Shown here: positions 1 through 13,984 of the stretch, one piece after another
Numbering within the stretch: position 1 is the stretch's first letter
Layout: each line of letters starts with the position of its first letter
From: Eledone cirrhosa
Lineage: Eukaryota
DNA: 64,000 nucleotides
Assembly: GCA_964016885.1 (NCBI GenBank)
Contig: OZ024756.1
Coordinates: 22,630,001-22,694,000 of the forward strand
Direction: 5' to 3'
The notes under the pieces: generated by a model
What the model saw: only the letters and a program-made list of their open reading frames with translations
Database searches by the model: none
Told to the model about the DNA's origin: nothing
Position numbers and translations under genes: made by a program

Positions 1-1120
1 CTCCTGCTGTTACTGGATTATTTCAAACCCACTTCAAATCAACTATTTAGCTAGGTAACTAATTGTACAACTATAAGTATTAAGCCAGTTTAGGTTACGA
101 AAACGGCCCCTTCCCTTAACCCCAATGTCAAAATTCCGTTGAGGATATTTTAATTACTCTTAGGACATTTTAAAAACTGAAGAATAGTTAAATATCTATT
201 TAACCCTTTTCTCAAAAAGTTAAATCTTCACATTGCTGTGATTTTAAAATTAACATTTAAAGCTCTAACACAGGCATGGACAACATTTTTCGAGAAGTGG
301 GCCACATAAGATATGGTTCATCATCAGACGGGCCGCAATCGCTAATTTACATTCGTGCCCACATTAAAAAAAAGGGCGGTAACTCAGGTTGTTTTGATTG
401 GTTTCTTCAGAATTCGTACACGTTATTTTCCTTGATCGTAAAATGATAGAAAGATAAATTACGACTGAACAGTTGGGTAAAACAATCAGAAAGATTTCAC
501 TTAGGTGACTTAGGCGAGTCATTCAGAAAGCTTCGCTGTGAGTGTCTTAAAACTGATGACTACAAGAAAAATCCGAGAAAGGAATGTTCATAACGTGGAC
601 TGATCACTATATTCACAACCATTCTGTAGACCCAGCAAGCAAGAAATATTTGAGCGATTATCATAGCGCAACTTTCTAAGGCTGTTAATAAATGGATTGA
701 ATTCCTTTATAAGCATAGGCTCCTTCGTCACCAAATTTTCAATATTTCGTTCTATGGTTTTTATGATAAATATCATATCCTCTTTATAAGATAATCTCTT
801 CTCAAGTTTTCCAATTACTGGAGCATTTGTATGAGTGTGATATCAACGTTGATTGACTACGTGCAAACTGTGCTTTGTAATAAAGTGGTGCTAAATAAAA
901 GTTGCGCATGCGAAGAGAATTTAGGCGTCTCCAGGATTATAGACTACAGACATCTGAGAAATCTGAAGCAAGCAGAGAAATTCCAAAGTGAAAAAAGACT
1001 GCACCTTTATACATACAATATTGAACTCTAATATGGAGTTGAGTACTCGTTACAACGTTCACCAATATTAAACGGATATATGTACTGTGTAGGGGGAAAA
1101 TAGGCAGAGATAGAGAGAAA

Positions 1121-1196
<76 letters not shown>

Positions 1197-2465
1197 GGAG
1201 AGAGACAGAATGTGTGCCAATGCTGAAACCTCCAAATTTCTAGCTATTATAAGAAAGAAGAATCAACGAGATCAACGGATAAAAGATATATTTGAATGCA
1301 ATCTATACATTTATGACGCCTAAAAGAAAGAAAAAGTGAAAGAAAGATAGAAAGAAAGAAAAGAAAAACAAGAGAATGAATCAAATTCAGGGAGGGAGAA
1401 ACAGAAGAGAGATATATCCTTGAGTTAAAACACTTTTAGAATAATGTTCATTCATAAGAATGTTAACAGGTTTTAATGCAACGACGAAACAAAGAGAAAG
1501 GAAAGAGAAAGACCTAAATAACACAATGAGCCACAATATATTAATTAAAGGAAAGGGGGGTTAATGTGGGTGAAAAAAAAAACAACAACTAAAAACAACG
1601 GAAAATGAAGTAATGTAAAAGAGGGGAGAAAGAATATTTATAAAAGTGGGAACGATCTTACTGAAATTCAAAATTCGATAACGTTTTATAAAAGACGTAG
1701 CAAATGTTTCCCTTTGTGTAAGCAAGTACAAATAACTTCCGATCTTCAGTTCAAGCATTCGTTATTTTGGGGGATGATATTAATTCTTTCTATGTTTAAG
1801 CAAATATAACTAGGTGAGAATTCTATTGTACTGCCAGTACAAATAGTAGGTAACATAGCAAGATAGCAAGAACGGACCAAGGTATTTTAAAGGGGGTTGT
1901 GACAAGTGTCTCTCTCTATATAATAGTTTAATACCTACAGGTTCATCGTAACAATAATGAAACAATAGTACTTTTATAGCAATCAACTTCATGTATTGTT
2001 TAAAATAACTACCCTTCTAAAAGACGTGGATTTTTTTGTTAAATTTGTTAAACTCCGAATATTTATTGTCAAATTAATATAGCTAATTAGTATATCATAA
2101 ACGCCTTCTCCATCCTGTCCGCCGGGGCCGTGTGTGTGTGTGTGAGGTTGTGGCATCGAGTAACAGTCCATATTTAAGTAAATATGTATGGACTTTACTC
2201 TAATGAAATAGATTAAAAGTTAAGTTCACTACATGAAGTTTAATTAACACACACACACACACATATATATTGAATATTTTTCATTTGATAATATTTTGAA
2301 TAATATTAAAAACTCCAGGAAAACTCCTGTATTCATTGAGGAATCAACGAACCATACTAATCTTTGGTCATATATATGTGTGTGTATGTATTTATATACA
2401 TATATGTGTGTATACATACTACATACATACATACATACATACATACATACATACATACATACATA

Positions 2466-2502
<37 letters not shown>

Positions 2503-2504
<2 letters not shown>

Positions 2505-2701
2505 CGAAGGAAATGTGGTAAGGAACCAGGTGGACCATAACGCACCAAAGTACTCAATACTTAGGGTAGTAGAGTGGGTAATAGGAACGAGTAGGACGCC
2601 GACGGCTGAGCTCAAGCCGTTTCGACGGCTAATTCTGGACAGAATGGTCCAGAATTAGCCGTCGAAACGGCTTGAGCTCAGCCGTCGGGGACCTACTCGT
2701 T

Positions 2702-2704
<3 letters not shown>
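2503..2704. mobile_element. Asymmetric palindromic element, family A, in (TA)n
   Basis: GGAACGAGTAGG...GCTGAGCTCAAGCCGTTTCGACGGCTAATT folds back on itself. Other copies lie at 13822-13972, 16785-16932, 29497-29670, 29710-29878, 33644-33822, 43345-43460 and 53305-53378. Confidence 0.85.
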
Positions 2705-2752
<48 letters not shown>

Positions 2753-2816
2753 ATGTATGTATTCATTATTATAGAGAGAGAGACAAGGACATAGATAGAT
2801 CTCACACTCTCTGTCA

Positions 2817-2848
<32 letters not shown>

Positions 2849-2865
2849 ATATATATATATATATA

Positions 2866-3411
2866 GTGGTGGAACACTGGAAGGTAATATCCGTAGTGGT
2901 AGAGTACTCAGTCCATGGGACGAGTTAGGTAGAAGTGGTTACACAAGAGTTAGTTCACCATACCAAGAAAAATTGTTTCACCTTAGCGGATCTTCAGCTC
3001 GGGATGGGCATGGTTATAGGAACTGGAAGGACAACCGTAAGAACGCGCATGCGTATAAACCGGGTCACTTCACACAGACAATACTAGACTGCGTGCGAGA
3101 GGTGTAAGGGAGATAACTGTGAAAGTCCGAAAAGTTTTTAGGTTGAAAATAAAATAAAACTACAAAGAATCAGTCCGCAGCCTTGTAGTTAAGTAGTAGG
3201 TGTTTGGCGACGTGTGGACAACGTGTGAAAAATTCACTCCTCGTGTTTAGGCAATCTAGTATTGCCTGTGTGAAGTGACCAGATTTCTGCGCATGCGCGT
3301 TCGTACTGTTGTCCTTCCTGTTCCTATAACCATGCCCATCCCGAGCTGAAGATCCGCTAAGGTGAAACAATTGTTCTCGGTATGGTGAACTAACTGTTGT
3401 GTAACCACTTC
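2866..3411. mobile_element. Palindromic Penelope-like remnant in (TA)n with a hammerhead in each arm
   Basis: Inverted arms at ~2930-3091 and ~3250-3411 with a spacer. Hammerhead motifs lie at 2963-3002 (-) and 3341-3380 (+). Confidence 0.8.
3341..3380 (+). ncRNA. Minimal type I hammerhead motif
   Basis: CCGAG-CTGAAGA-tcc gctaa ggt-GAAAC AATT GTT^-CTCGG. Stem I is CCGAG/CTCGG and stem III is palindromic. The base of stem II is mismatched in this copy. Confidence 0.72.
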
Positions 3412-3531
3412 TATATATATATATTAGCTCTGTTTCTCGACCGTTATATCGCGTGACTATCTCCCCCTCCGCCTTTTGGGATTCTTTCTCACGTCGTGTA
3501 GACGCGTTCTTGAGACTAGTAAAATGAGGTA

Positions 3532-3621
3532 TCCTCTTGATAGGTCGGCAGACCTCGCAAGGACTCTATATCTTTATGATATATTGTTTTTGTTTATGCC
3601 ACGAAACTACGTAGTCGAGGA
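3532..3621 (+). ncRNA. Decayed hammerhead motif
   Basis: Stem I TCCTC/GAGGA, stem II GTCGGCA/TGCCAC and GAAAC TACGTA GTC^ are present. The 5' core reads TTGATAG instead of CTGATGA. Confidence 0.5.
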
Positions 3622-3879
3622 ATTTAGGAGCAGTTTAGGTATGATACATTTTATTACTAATTATATCTAAATGTTTCTTCTCTCTTCATAATGTATTTTT
3701 AACTCTGATACTGGTTCAGTCTAGTTCAACTGAATTGGTCTGTCCCAGTCATTCATTGAGCAACATCGGTGAAGTTGGCACCCTTAACTCACAGTTGGGT
3801 GCGGATGCATTCATGTATATATGTGTGTGTCCGCATGTATCTGTGTGTTTCTAATTATATTATATATATATATATATAT

Positions 3880-4343
3880 ATACAATATATTAACAAATGG
3901 AAACTATATTTATAAAACCAAATTTATTACATTATACATATTTCAAGGGCCACCAAGGCAAATGATGGTGCGCTTTCATCAGATAAAATATAATATAGGT
4001 TAGTTTTATAAATAAATATTGACATACCCTGAAAAAAGTCAACCATTCTGGTTGGAATCTCCTGGTTGGCATCTCCTGGATGCAACCAGAATGGTTGCAT
4101 ATTTTCAGGGTATGTCAATATTTATTTATAAAACTAACCTATATTATATTTTATCTGATGAAAGCGCACCATCATTTGCCTTGGTGGCCCTTGAAATATG
4201 TATAGTGAAATAAATATGGTTTTATAATTATAGTTTCCATTTGTTAATATATTGTATATTTACTCCACATCTCTGTTGAGTGCTTTATATCAGTTATAAA
4301 AATATTTTGCTTGTTGTATCCCAATAAATTAAATATAACCTCT

Positions 4344-4345
<2 letters not shown>
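3880..4345. mobile_element. Palindromic insertion in (TA)n with hammerhead-like cores
   Basis: Arms at ~3880-4055 and ~4080-4257 are reverse complements. CTGATGA-aagcgcacca...tggtggccctt-GAAATATGTA lies at 4155-4202 (+) and ~3935-3982 (-). Confidence 0.75.
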
Positions 4346-4437
<92 letters not shown>

Positions 4438-4635
4438 TGAGGGAGGAATATATATATGCAACCGTCAACACAAATATACATATTCCTGATGATTCCATAC
4501 GAATGAAACAGTTGTAGTCCTGCAGGAGTCATTTCTATATATATACTCTACGAATGAGTAGCTTAATTTATTGTGGTTAGCCACCAAAATAAATCGAGAA
4601 TCTTCATATTGTTTTAAGATATATATACATATATA

Positions 4636-4710
<75 letters not shown>

Positions 4711-5048
4711 TAGGAGGTGAGTTTTATTGTAGTACAATGTTCTTATATATTATATATATATATATATGTGTGCGTGTATATGTATGTATATATATGTGTA
4801 TGTATGTATATCCATATACATCTATTACATCTATACATGCACACATATATGTATATGTATATATATATATATACATATATATATATACACACACTCATGC
4901 TTCTACTGTTGTTTTTCTTGCAGTTCTGTTTATTTGAAACCTTACTAAGCCGAGCAAACAAATCGATGTCTATATATTATTAAACCATATATATACATAC
5001 ATATACAGACACATATATATAGATATACATAAATATATACACATATAT

Positions 5049-5145
<97 letters not shown>

Positions 5146-5521
5146 TATATATATGTACATACATATATATACATATATATATGTATATATAAATATATAT
5201 ATTTATATATTTATGTACTATGGAATACTGTTGGTTTTTTGCTACAATATTTTCTATACCATTCATTTATATATAAATATATATATATACATACATCTAT
5301 AAATTAATAATACTTTGCTACATACATACATCTATATATATAGAGAGAAAGATTTATATATATTTATACATAGATATATATAAATTTATCTATATTTATA
5401 CATAGATATATATAAATTTATATATATTTATACATAGATATATATAAATTTATATATATACATACATAGATATATATAAATTTATATATATTTATACATA
5501 GATATATATAAATTTATATAT

Positions 5522-5612
<91 letters not shown>

Positions 5613-5690
5613 TGTGTACATACACATATATATATATATGCAAATATACATACGTATATACAGAAATCTATCTCTATATGTATGTATGGG

Positions 5691-5721
<31 letters not shown>

Positions 5722-6069
5722 GTGTGTGTGTGTTTGTATGTATGCATGTATGTATGTGTACGCCTGTGTGTATGAATATAGCTACGCTGATATCATCATT
5801 ATATTCGAACTAGTGAACTTGAAATGATATATGGGATGTATTATTAAAGTGATATCTAGACATACAGATATATATCTTTAGCGACCTCAACAAATGTAAT
5901 ATAGACATAGAAAGTATATATAAAAAAAAGGTTGGATATTTTCCGAGGCTTCTTCCTAACTCTATCTTTATATTCTCTCATTTATCACAGCAACTTATTA
6001 TTTTTCTTTAATGCATATTGTTCGCTTCTGAGATACGATCTCTTTCTATATGTCAGACTTGCTGGTAAT

Positions 6070-6764
6070 ATAGGAGAGAAAGGAAAGCGAGATAGCGGAG
6101 TGAAGGAGAGGGGAGAGGAGAGAGAGGTAAAGAGAGAGAGAGAGAAAGTGAGAGATAGTGAGGGAGATTGTGGAGACTGAGAGAAAGAGAGAGAGAGAGA
6201 GAGAGACGAGAGAGGAAAGTGTGAGAGAGAGAGAGAGGAGAGAGGAAAGTGAGAAGAAAGTGAGAGAGAGATTGTGAGAGAAATAGAGTAGAGAGAGAGA
6301 GAGATAGAGTGGAGAGAAAGGGAAAGAGAAGGAAAGTGAGAGAGGGGAGGGAAAGAGAGGGGAGAGGAGAGAAAGGGAAAGAGAGAGAAAGTGAGAGATA
6401 GAGAGGGAGATTGTGGAGGAAGTGTGAATAAGAAAAGAATGACGTGGTGATGGTGGAAAGAGAGAGAGAGAGAGATGGGAGGGGGGGGGGGCAATGTGAG
6501 TGAGAGAGATAAAGGGAATAGGTGAGGGGGGGGGGGGAGATATGGAAAGAGCGGGAGATGGGGAGAGCGAGAGACATGGAGATGAAGACAGATGAGAGGG
6601 CGCGAGAGAGAAATGAGAGATAGCACTGAGTGTGATGGAGATGGTGGAGGGACAGAGAGTGAGAGAGAGAGAGAGGGGCGAAATTCGAGAGAATGTGAGA
6701 GAGATAAAGAGAGTGGGATGGAGAAAATTAGTGGGGCAGAGATGGACATGAATAGAGACAGGGT

Positions 6765-6797
<33 letters not shown>

Positions 6798-6800
6798 TTA
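6070..6800. repeat. GA-rich low-complexity tract
   Basis: Direct reading. Confidence 0.9.
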
Positions 6801-6904
6801 AAGAGATATTTTTTGTCTAAATATATTCGTTCATGTTTGATTTTTAAGTATGCTTGTTTGTATACATTTATATCTTTATATATTTATCAATCACCTTAAA
6901 CATG

Positions 6905-7469
6905 TAGATGTATGTATATATGTATATATATATAAACATTATATATATAAACATTATATATACGTATGTATACATATACATGTATGTATACATTATATGT
7001 TTATATATATTTATATATATACATACATATAGATGTATGTATATATATGTATATATATATATATATATAAACATTATATATACGTATGTATACATATATA
7101 TGTATGTATACATTATATGTTTTTATATATATTTATATATATACATACATATAGATGTATGTATATATATGTATATATATATAAACATTATATATATAAA
7201 CATTATATATACGTATGTATACATATACATGTATGTATACATTATATGTTTATATATATTTATATATATACATACATATAGATGTATGTATATATATGTA
7301 TATATATATATATATATATATAAACATTATATGTACGTATGTATACATATATATGTATGTATACATTATATGTTTTTATATATATTTATATATATACATA
7401 TATATGTATGTATACATTATATGTTTTTATATATATTTATATATATACATACATATAGATGTATGTATA

Positions 7470-7501
<32 letters not shown>

Positions 7502-7572
7502 AACATTATATATACGTATGTATACATATATATGTATGTATACATTATATGTTTTTATATATATTTATATAT

Positions 7573-7656
<84 letters not shown>

Positions 7657-7670
7657 ATATATGTATATAC

Positions 7671-7761
<91 letters not shown>

Positions 7762-7769
7762 ATATACAT

Positions 7770-7801
<32 letters not shown>

Positions 7802-7810
7802 CATACATAT
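6905..7810. repeat. TA-derived compound minisatellite
   Basis: Recurrent AAACATTATATATACGTATGTATACAT blocks. Confidence 0.85.
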
Positions 7811-8337
7811 GGCGTGGGTGCGTGGGTGTGCATTCGTGTGTTGTATTAAGATACGATTGTATTCTGTTTCTATTAAAGATTTATCGTATTTCCTCATTAT
7901 TTGTTTATATATCAGCCATAACAATAACTGTTGGAACAACATTATTCAATTCAACGCCTGCCAGTTTCTGTGGACCTAGTGTGTCGTGTTTACTGTTGCA
8001 TATAACGTGTAGAGGCTCGATACATTTAGTCATTTTAGAATGGTGTCTCTGTGTTTGGCTGCTTTACAGGTTTCCCACAATGCCTCTCTTTATCTCAGCT
8101 CCAGTGTGGAAACACGTTTGGGCATCTAACGTTTGAAATATACAAGAGGCATTCTGTTTTCTACAATGTAGTGAGTAGTATAGCAATCCTTATATTCTAC
8201 TAGACTACCCGCGACCCGTTGAGTCACGTTCCTTCAAAATTTGTTTTTAAATCATGTTTACTTAAAAATAATTTTTAAATAATTAAAATATACACAGACA
8301 AGTATATAATATGAAATGAAACTGGAAGGCCCATATA

Positions 8338-8420
<83 letters not shown>

Positions 8421-8451
8421 ATATATAAATGTGTGTGTATACATATATATA

Positions 8452-8786
8452 TTCTAGGACGGGTAAAATTCTCGAGATCCATGGACGAGTTCTCTCCAGC
8501 GGTCTCTCTCCCTCGTTATCGCTGCCATATCCTGCGTCTCCAACAGACCAGTGTCTGTCCTTAGGGTATCAACATACGTTAACCTTGGTCTTCCTCTTCC
8601 AGTGTGTCCATGTAGGGGCTCCCACAGGAGCACTGAGTGCAATGTCAACTCTGGATATCGGTGAGCATGTCCAGCTAACCTCAGTCTCCTCTGTGTCACT
8701 TTTGAGCTGACTTTTGGGAGGCTCCCATACATCTCTGAGTTTTTCATCCTCAGTGTATACTGATTAATGTTCAGAGCCATCCTCTG

Positions 8787-8789
<3 letters not shown>
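8452..8789 (-). mobile_element. RTE-clade LINE 3' fragment in (TA)n
   Basis: Translates as [24 protein letters not shown]...[21 protein letters not shown], a typical RTE ORF C-terminus. Confidence 0.85.
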
Positions 8790-8824
<35 letters not shown>

Positions 8825-8876
8825 GTGGGGGAGGGGTCTGTGATCTATATACACTGGTCATAGACACACACACACT

Positions 8877-8986
<110 letters not shown>

Positions 8987-9334
8987 TATACACACACAAC
9001 ACCACCAACTCTCTCTCTCTTCCATTCTCTTTCGCTGTCTCCTCTCCTCCTCACTATGTCACTGTTTCAATCTACTCTCTCACTACCACCATCTCTTTCT
9101 CTCTACCTTCCTCTCTCTCTCTCTCTCTCTCTCTGTTTATGAAGGTATCCGGAAAAACCCCATATCTCGAGAACCCGTGCTTCGATTTTCGCGAAACTTG
9201 TTTTATTCCATTTGTATTCCAATCTCAGGGTCAACTTTGTTTCAAATTATTTTCCCATGATGCGCCCTTTTGGCTGTAATACACTACAAACAAGCAAGCA
9301 AGCAATCACAGATTTTTAGTATTATATAGATAGA

Positions 9335-9662
9335 AGGTTCTCTAGTTTAACTGGTACTCCGTCGGTTACCTTGAAGACGAGTGTTACAGGTGATATGATC
9401 TACAGGACAACTTGTTCGTGAAATTAACACGTAAGTGGCCGAGAATTCTACAAATACGCGTACCCATAATGTAGTTCTCAGGGAGATTCAACGTGACACA
9501 GAATCTGACCTTTCGAATTACAGTTGCAAATTCATTTTTGACAGCTGAGTGGACTGGAGCAACGTGAAATAAAGTTTCTTACGCAAGGACAAAACGCGTC
9601 GCCGGGAATCGAACTCACGGCCTTACGATTGTGAGCCGAATACCCTAACCACAAAGCCACGC
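9335..9662 (-). mobile_element. tRNA-derived SINE, family 2
   Basis: The minus strand reads GTGGCTTTGTGGTTAGGG...GAGTTCGATTCCCGG...CTTTATTTCACGTTGCTCCAGTCCACTCAGCTG. A related copy lies at 25475-25760. Confidence 0.75.
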
Positions 9663-10015
9663 TCCAGAAGGTTACTAATAAGCAATCATAGCAAAGTTCT
9701 CTTTGAAAGATTAGTCGGTGATGAATAAATAAAACCGGAACCACTTTTTCAAAGGACATTCACTCCGGTTAATATGGAAGGTTTCCAGAAATATTCTAGA
9801 CTGGCAGTGCTATCGATGGTTGTACAGCCAGCAAGGAAACTAAATTGTTGTGCTTTCCTGTTTCTTGTTTGAGCATTGTTACCGCATGTAGTTATGCCAA
9901 AGAACTTTTATTGTGTGGAGTTCGGATCCGTTTGTCATGCGGATACGTCATTCATATCATAGTACTATTCCCCTGTGTTTGACAAGCGCATGGTTTTGTC
10001 ACACACACACACACG

Positions 10016-10110
<95 letters not shown>

Positions 10111-10208
10111 TAACTCACTATCACTCTCTCTATATATATATATATATCACTAACTCACTATCACTCTCTCTATATATATATATATCACTAACTCACTCAC
10201 TCTCTCTC

Positions 10209-10260
<52 letters not shown>

Positions 10261-10671
10261 GAACTAACAATTTACAAATGTCCACGATAAGTAAGTGACA
10301 CTTTCAGTATTAATTCCACCCAGACCTGTACGTCACACTTTTACAAAGAGCATATATCTCTTTAGTCTCCGCCTTAGAGAGCAAAGCTTGGTCCTTGGAT
10401 GTGATCAGCAACGCTTCAGTACCCTATTTTAGTGCACTAGATGAGAGCCAATCTCAAATCATTACTGTCTATAATTCAGACGTCCGTATTTCATATTGTC
10501 CATGCAATTTATTTGCAACAACTGCAACACTTTTCACAACGGAGATTATTTACTCAGTTAAACAAATATTTAACTCTCTATCGTTCCCTTTTCTAAACCA
10601 ATCACTGATGAGGTTTACTGTAGAAGCCTTTCGTCACTATTTATTTATCAGTTAGTAAATATTGTCTCGGA

Positions 10672-10990
10672 GGTGGCAAATAGGCAAAGTCGTTAGAACG
10701 GCGGATAGAGTCGTTTGCGCTATTGGTTTCAGCTCTCTGTTCTCTCAGATAAAATTCCGCCGAGGTCAACTTTGCTTTACATCCATTAGAGGTAGATAAA
10801 ATACCAGTCTAGTACTGGGGTCAATTCTTCTTCTATATCTCTTTCTCACTTCCATTCTCTCACTCACTTTATCCTTCTATGGAAGAAATCTACTTTATTT
10901 AAACCTGGAGATGAAATGGGCGCTGCCAGGTATGAAAATATCCTAGAAACGCCGTATGACAATACGGCACCACTATAAATCCCTCAGAAG
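10672..10990 (+). mobile_element. SINE family 1 variant with different 3' tail
   Basis: Diverged head and central domain. The tail is shared with 47415-47710 and 58850-59090. Confidence 0.65.
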
Positions 10991-11144
10991 TTACTGGAAA
11001 AAGAAAAATGATTGGCTTTTCTCTTATTTTCGGTGCAATCTATAACACATATCAGTTCTCTTAGCTTCAAATGTGCTTTTCATCTACAGCCAATTCACAT
11101 TTTTCTATTGGATGTAATGAATTATTATTGTTATTATTATTATT

Positions 11145-11470
11145 GTTCTTTGAGTCTCAGTCATTGATGTTATTTAACTGGAAAGTTTATTGAAATGAAT
11201 ATCAAGCCGTTACCTGCACCCTCAGATATTCAGGACGTATCGGAGGGTTCTTGCTGCTCCCAGCAAGCATGCCTTTTGAAGTGTTCCAAAAAGCGGGGCC
11301 GGACTATTCTTCTTTAACCATCCTTGGAAACTCATTGAGATAGTACATAGTGCGCCTATGACCATCGGGACAACCTTGATTTCCTGGCAGTTCCAAATCC
11401 TTTTTAACTCCCGCTTTAAATCCTGATATCGGTTAATTTTCTCCCTCTCTTTTTTTTGCGCTCTCGTGTC

Positions 11471-11471
<1 letters not shown>
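11145..11471 (-). mobile_element. R4/Dong-like (restriction-like endonuclease) LINE 3' fragment in (TAA)n
   Basis: Translates as KEREKINRYQDLKRELKRIW...VVPMVIGALCT...LQKACLLGAARTLRYVL, flanked by (TTA)n on both sides. Confidence 0.8.
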
Positions 11472-11530
<59 letters not shown>

Positions 11531-11547
11531 CATTATTATTATCATAA

Positions 11548-11736
11548 GGGCGATGAATTGGCAGTATCCGTAGAGTGTCGGACGCCATGCTTTCCAGCAT
11601 AGTTACGGCCCTTTACGGTCTGAGTTCAAATCCCGTCGAGGTTAACTTTGCCTTTCATCCTTACGGGGTCGATAAAATAAAGTACCAGTAATGCTCTGGG
11701 TAATTGCTGGCCTTGTGCCAAAAGTAGAAACAATTA
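11548..11736 (+). mobile_element. tRNA-derived SINE, family 1 (Nin/Deu-like central domain)
   Basis: A-box TGGCAGTATCCG, B-box GAGTTCAAATCC, central CTTTGCCTTTCATCCTTACGGGGTCGATAAAATAAAGTACCAG and a (TTA) tail. Confidence 0.85.
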
Positions 11737-12439
11737 TTATTATTGTTGTTGTTGTTGTTAATATTATTATTATTTAATTAAATAACTGATTTAAATACAA
11801 AATCCCCTCATGTCAAAATTTCCGAGAGAACGCTGCTGGAAACAAGAGAGCTCTAGGATATTAAACTGAATTATTTAAATACATTAACTAATGATTATAA
11901 AATTTTTTGTTGTTGTTGCTTCAAAGATTGTAATTAAAATGACGTATGATATTTTATTGGACATTCCGCTTTTCAAACAACGTATTTGTAAGTGTAGTAG
12001 TGTAATCCAAGGGTATATACACCTGTCGTATGATTGTGTTCATATTCAGACCTAACGCATCTATAATACATACATACATATATAATAAATACAGCCTTTT
12101 GATACTTTAATTGATTTATTAGATATATATGTAGAATGAAAGTGTGTACATAGCTGACGGTGACATAAACCAGTATGTATTTATCCTGAATATATAATTA
12201 AACTCTGTAATGATATTGTGTACCATCTCGAAGCAAAATGGTTTAGATGAATTTAGAAATAAACGGTGTGTATATAGCTACAGTTCTTATACAAGCGCCA
12301 GTCATTAAAATGCGTATATAAACTAGAACCTTCAAATAACAACCAAGCATTTATATAGAGAGTTAGGTACGATTTTATTTACAGTTCTGTGTAAATAGTT
12401 AAAACTGATATACAACATCCATTAATTAATTTTGCTATA

Positions 12440-12961
12440 CAGTAATCCCCCGTTTATTGCAGGGGATACGTTCCAGAACCAACCACGATATAGAGAGACC
12501 ATAAAGACAGCCGTTGTTTTCATAGTTTAAGCCTTAAAATACCTGTCCTACACGCTTTAAGTACATATAAACTCATTTACTTTTGTAATTAAACACCAAA
12601 AACAACCAGTAACCATCGTACAGAAAGTATCACCAACGATCGTGCCACTAGTTACCAATGAGGATCAGCCACGGAGGCGCTTGGAAAGAAAAAGAAAATC
12701 ATATTTTCATAGTTAAAGCCTTAAGATGTCCCTTCCTTACGCTATACACTTCAATCACATCGAAACTTATATAATAAATTTAAAACTTAAACACTTTTTA
12801 TTCAGACGTTCGTACCGCGATGAGAAAATAGATATGTTCTAACGAAAACTCCGCGATGTAGCGAGGTTTACCGCGATAGAAAATTAGATACGTTCCAAAG
12901 AAAAATCCGTGATGTAGCGGGATCGCGAAAAGTGAACCGCGATATAACGGCAGGATTACTG
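12440..12961. mobile_element. Tigger/pogo-like MITE
   Basis: TA-CAGTAATCCCCCGTTTATTGC ... CGCGATATAACGGCAGGATTACTG-TA terminal inverted repeats. Confidence 0.75.
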
Positions 12962-13109
12962 TATAACCTAAATAGTGAGAGTGAATTGTGGATTAGAGGT
13001 GTGTATATAGTAAGACTTCATATATAATTCCTAGTTATTAAGACTTGTGATATTAGATACAGCTGTAGGGTGTCGGTATGTATAATGGTTTATGATCTAG
13101 ATACAATAC

Positions 13110-13605
13110 AAGACCAACAATGTTTGCGAGGAGGGAAAGAAGATTCAATCAAACCCAGTGCATTAGCGGTACTTATTTAACGGATCCCATAAGGATTAAG
13201 GGCAACGCTAACCCCAATTTCATTAATAAAGATAATAATTGTTTCTACTTTTAGCACAAGGCCAGCAATTATTCCAGTGCATTACTGGTACTTTATTTTA
13301 TCGACCCGGTAAGGATGAAAGGCAAAGTTAACCTCGGTGGGATTTGAACTCAGACCCCAAAGAGACCTAACTATGCTGCAAAGCATGGCGTCCGACCCTC
13401 TACCGATATTGGTTTCTGATTTAGGCACAAGGCCAACAATTTTGTGAGGAGAGATCAAAGTCGATTAAACCATCACCAGTGCGATACAGGTGTTTATGTT
13501 ATCACTACCGTAAGGATGAAGGACAAAGCTACCCTCGGGGGATTTGAAATCAGAACATGAAGAGCCAGAACAAATACACTAATGAGAAATGTAGCTGACG
13601 TCTCT
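13110..13605 (-). mobile_element. Cluster of three SINE family 1 copies
   Basis: Reverse-complement central domain at ~13170, ~13290 and ~13495. Confidence 0.75.
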
Positions 13606-13821
13606 GGTACGCCCAAACTCCATACCTAAATAGACTACAGCGTCTAATTGTGGTATATGTGAAAAAAAAATAAACATATGTATATGTATATATGTGTGTG
13701 TGTGTGTGTGTGTGTATGTGTGTATGTTTTCACGAACACCACTGTTCTCTCTCTCTTTCTGTATCTATGTATCTCTCTCTCGTCCCTCTCTCTCTCTCTC
13801 TCCATATATATATATATATAT

Positions 13822-13972
13822 AGGAACAAATTCAGTACAGAATTAGCCGTCGAAACGGCTTGAGCTCAGCCGTCGGGGTCTTACTTGTTCCTATTACCCA
13901 CTCTACTACCCTAAGTATTGAGTACTTTGGTGCGTTATGGTCCACCTGGTTCCTTACCACATTTCCTTCGTT
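13822..13972 (+). mobile_element. Family A element, almost single-armed
   Basis: GAATTAGCCGTCGAAACGGCTTGAGCTCAGCCG...CCTTCGT(TA)n. Confidence 0.8.
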
Positions 13973-13984
13973 ATATATATATAT

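Noticed and set aside
267-345. hAT-like terminal sequence CAGGCATGGACAAC...GGGCCGCA
   Set aside because: No matching second terminus or TSD was found.
5985-6749. 254-aa Ser/Leu-rich ORF
   Set aside because: It is the antisense reading of a GA-rich low-complexity tract.
6908-8136. Long YI/CV-rich ORFs here and throughout the track
   Set aside because: They are translations of (TA)n, (CA)n and (GA)n repeats that lack stop codons.
11548-11640. tRNA genes suggested by A/B boxes
   Set aside because: These are SINE heads: there is no complete cloverleaf and they continue into the SINE body.
13838-13875. Complete hammerhead in family A (GTCGAAACGGCTTGAGCTC)
   Set aside because: A GAAAC and half of a stem II are present, but no CTGANGA core is visible in any copy, so it is not called as a ribozyme.
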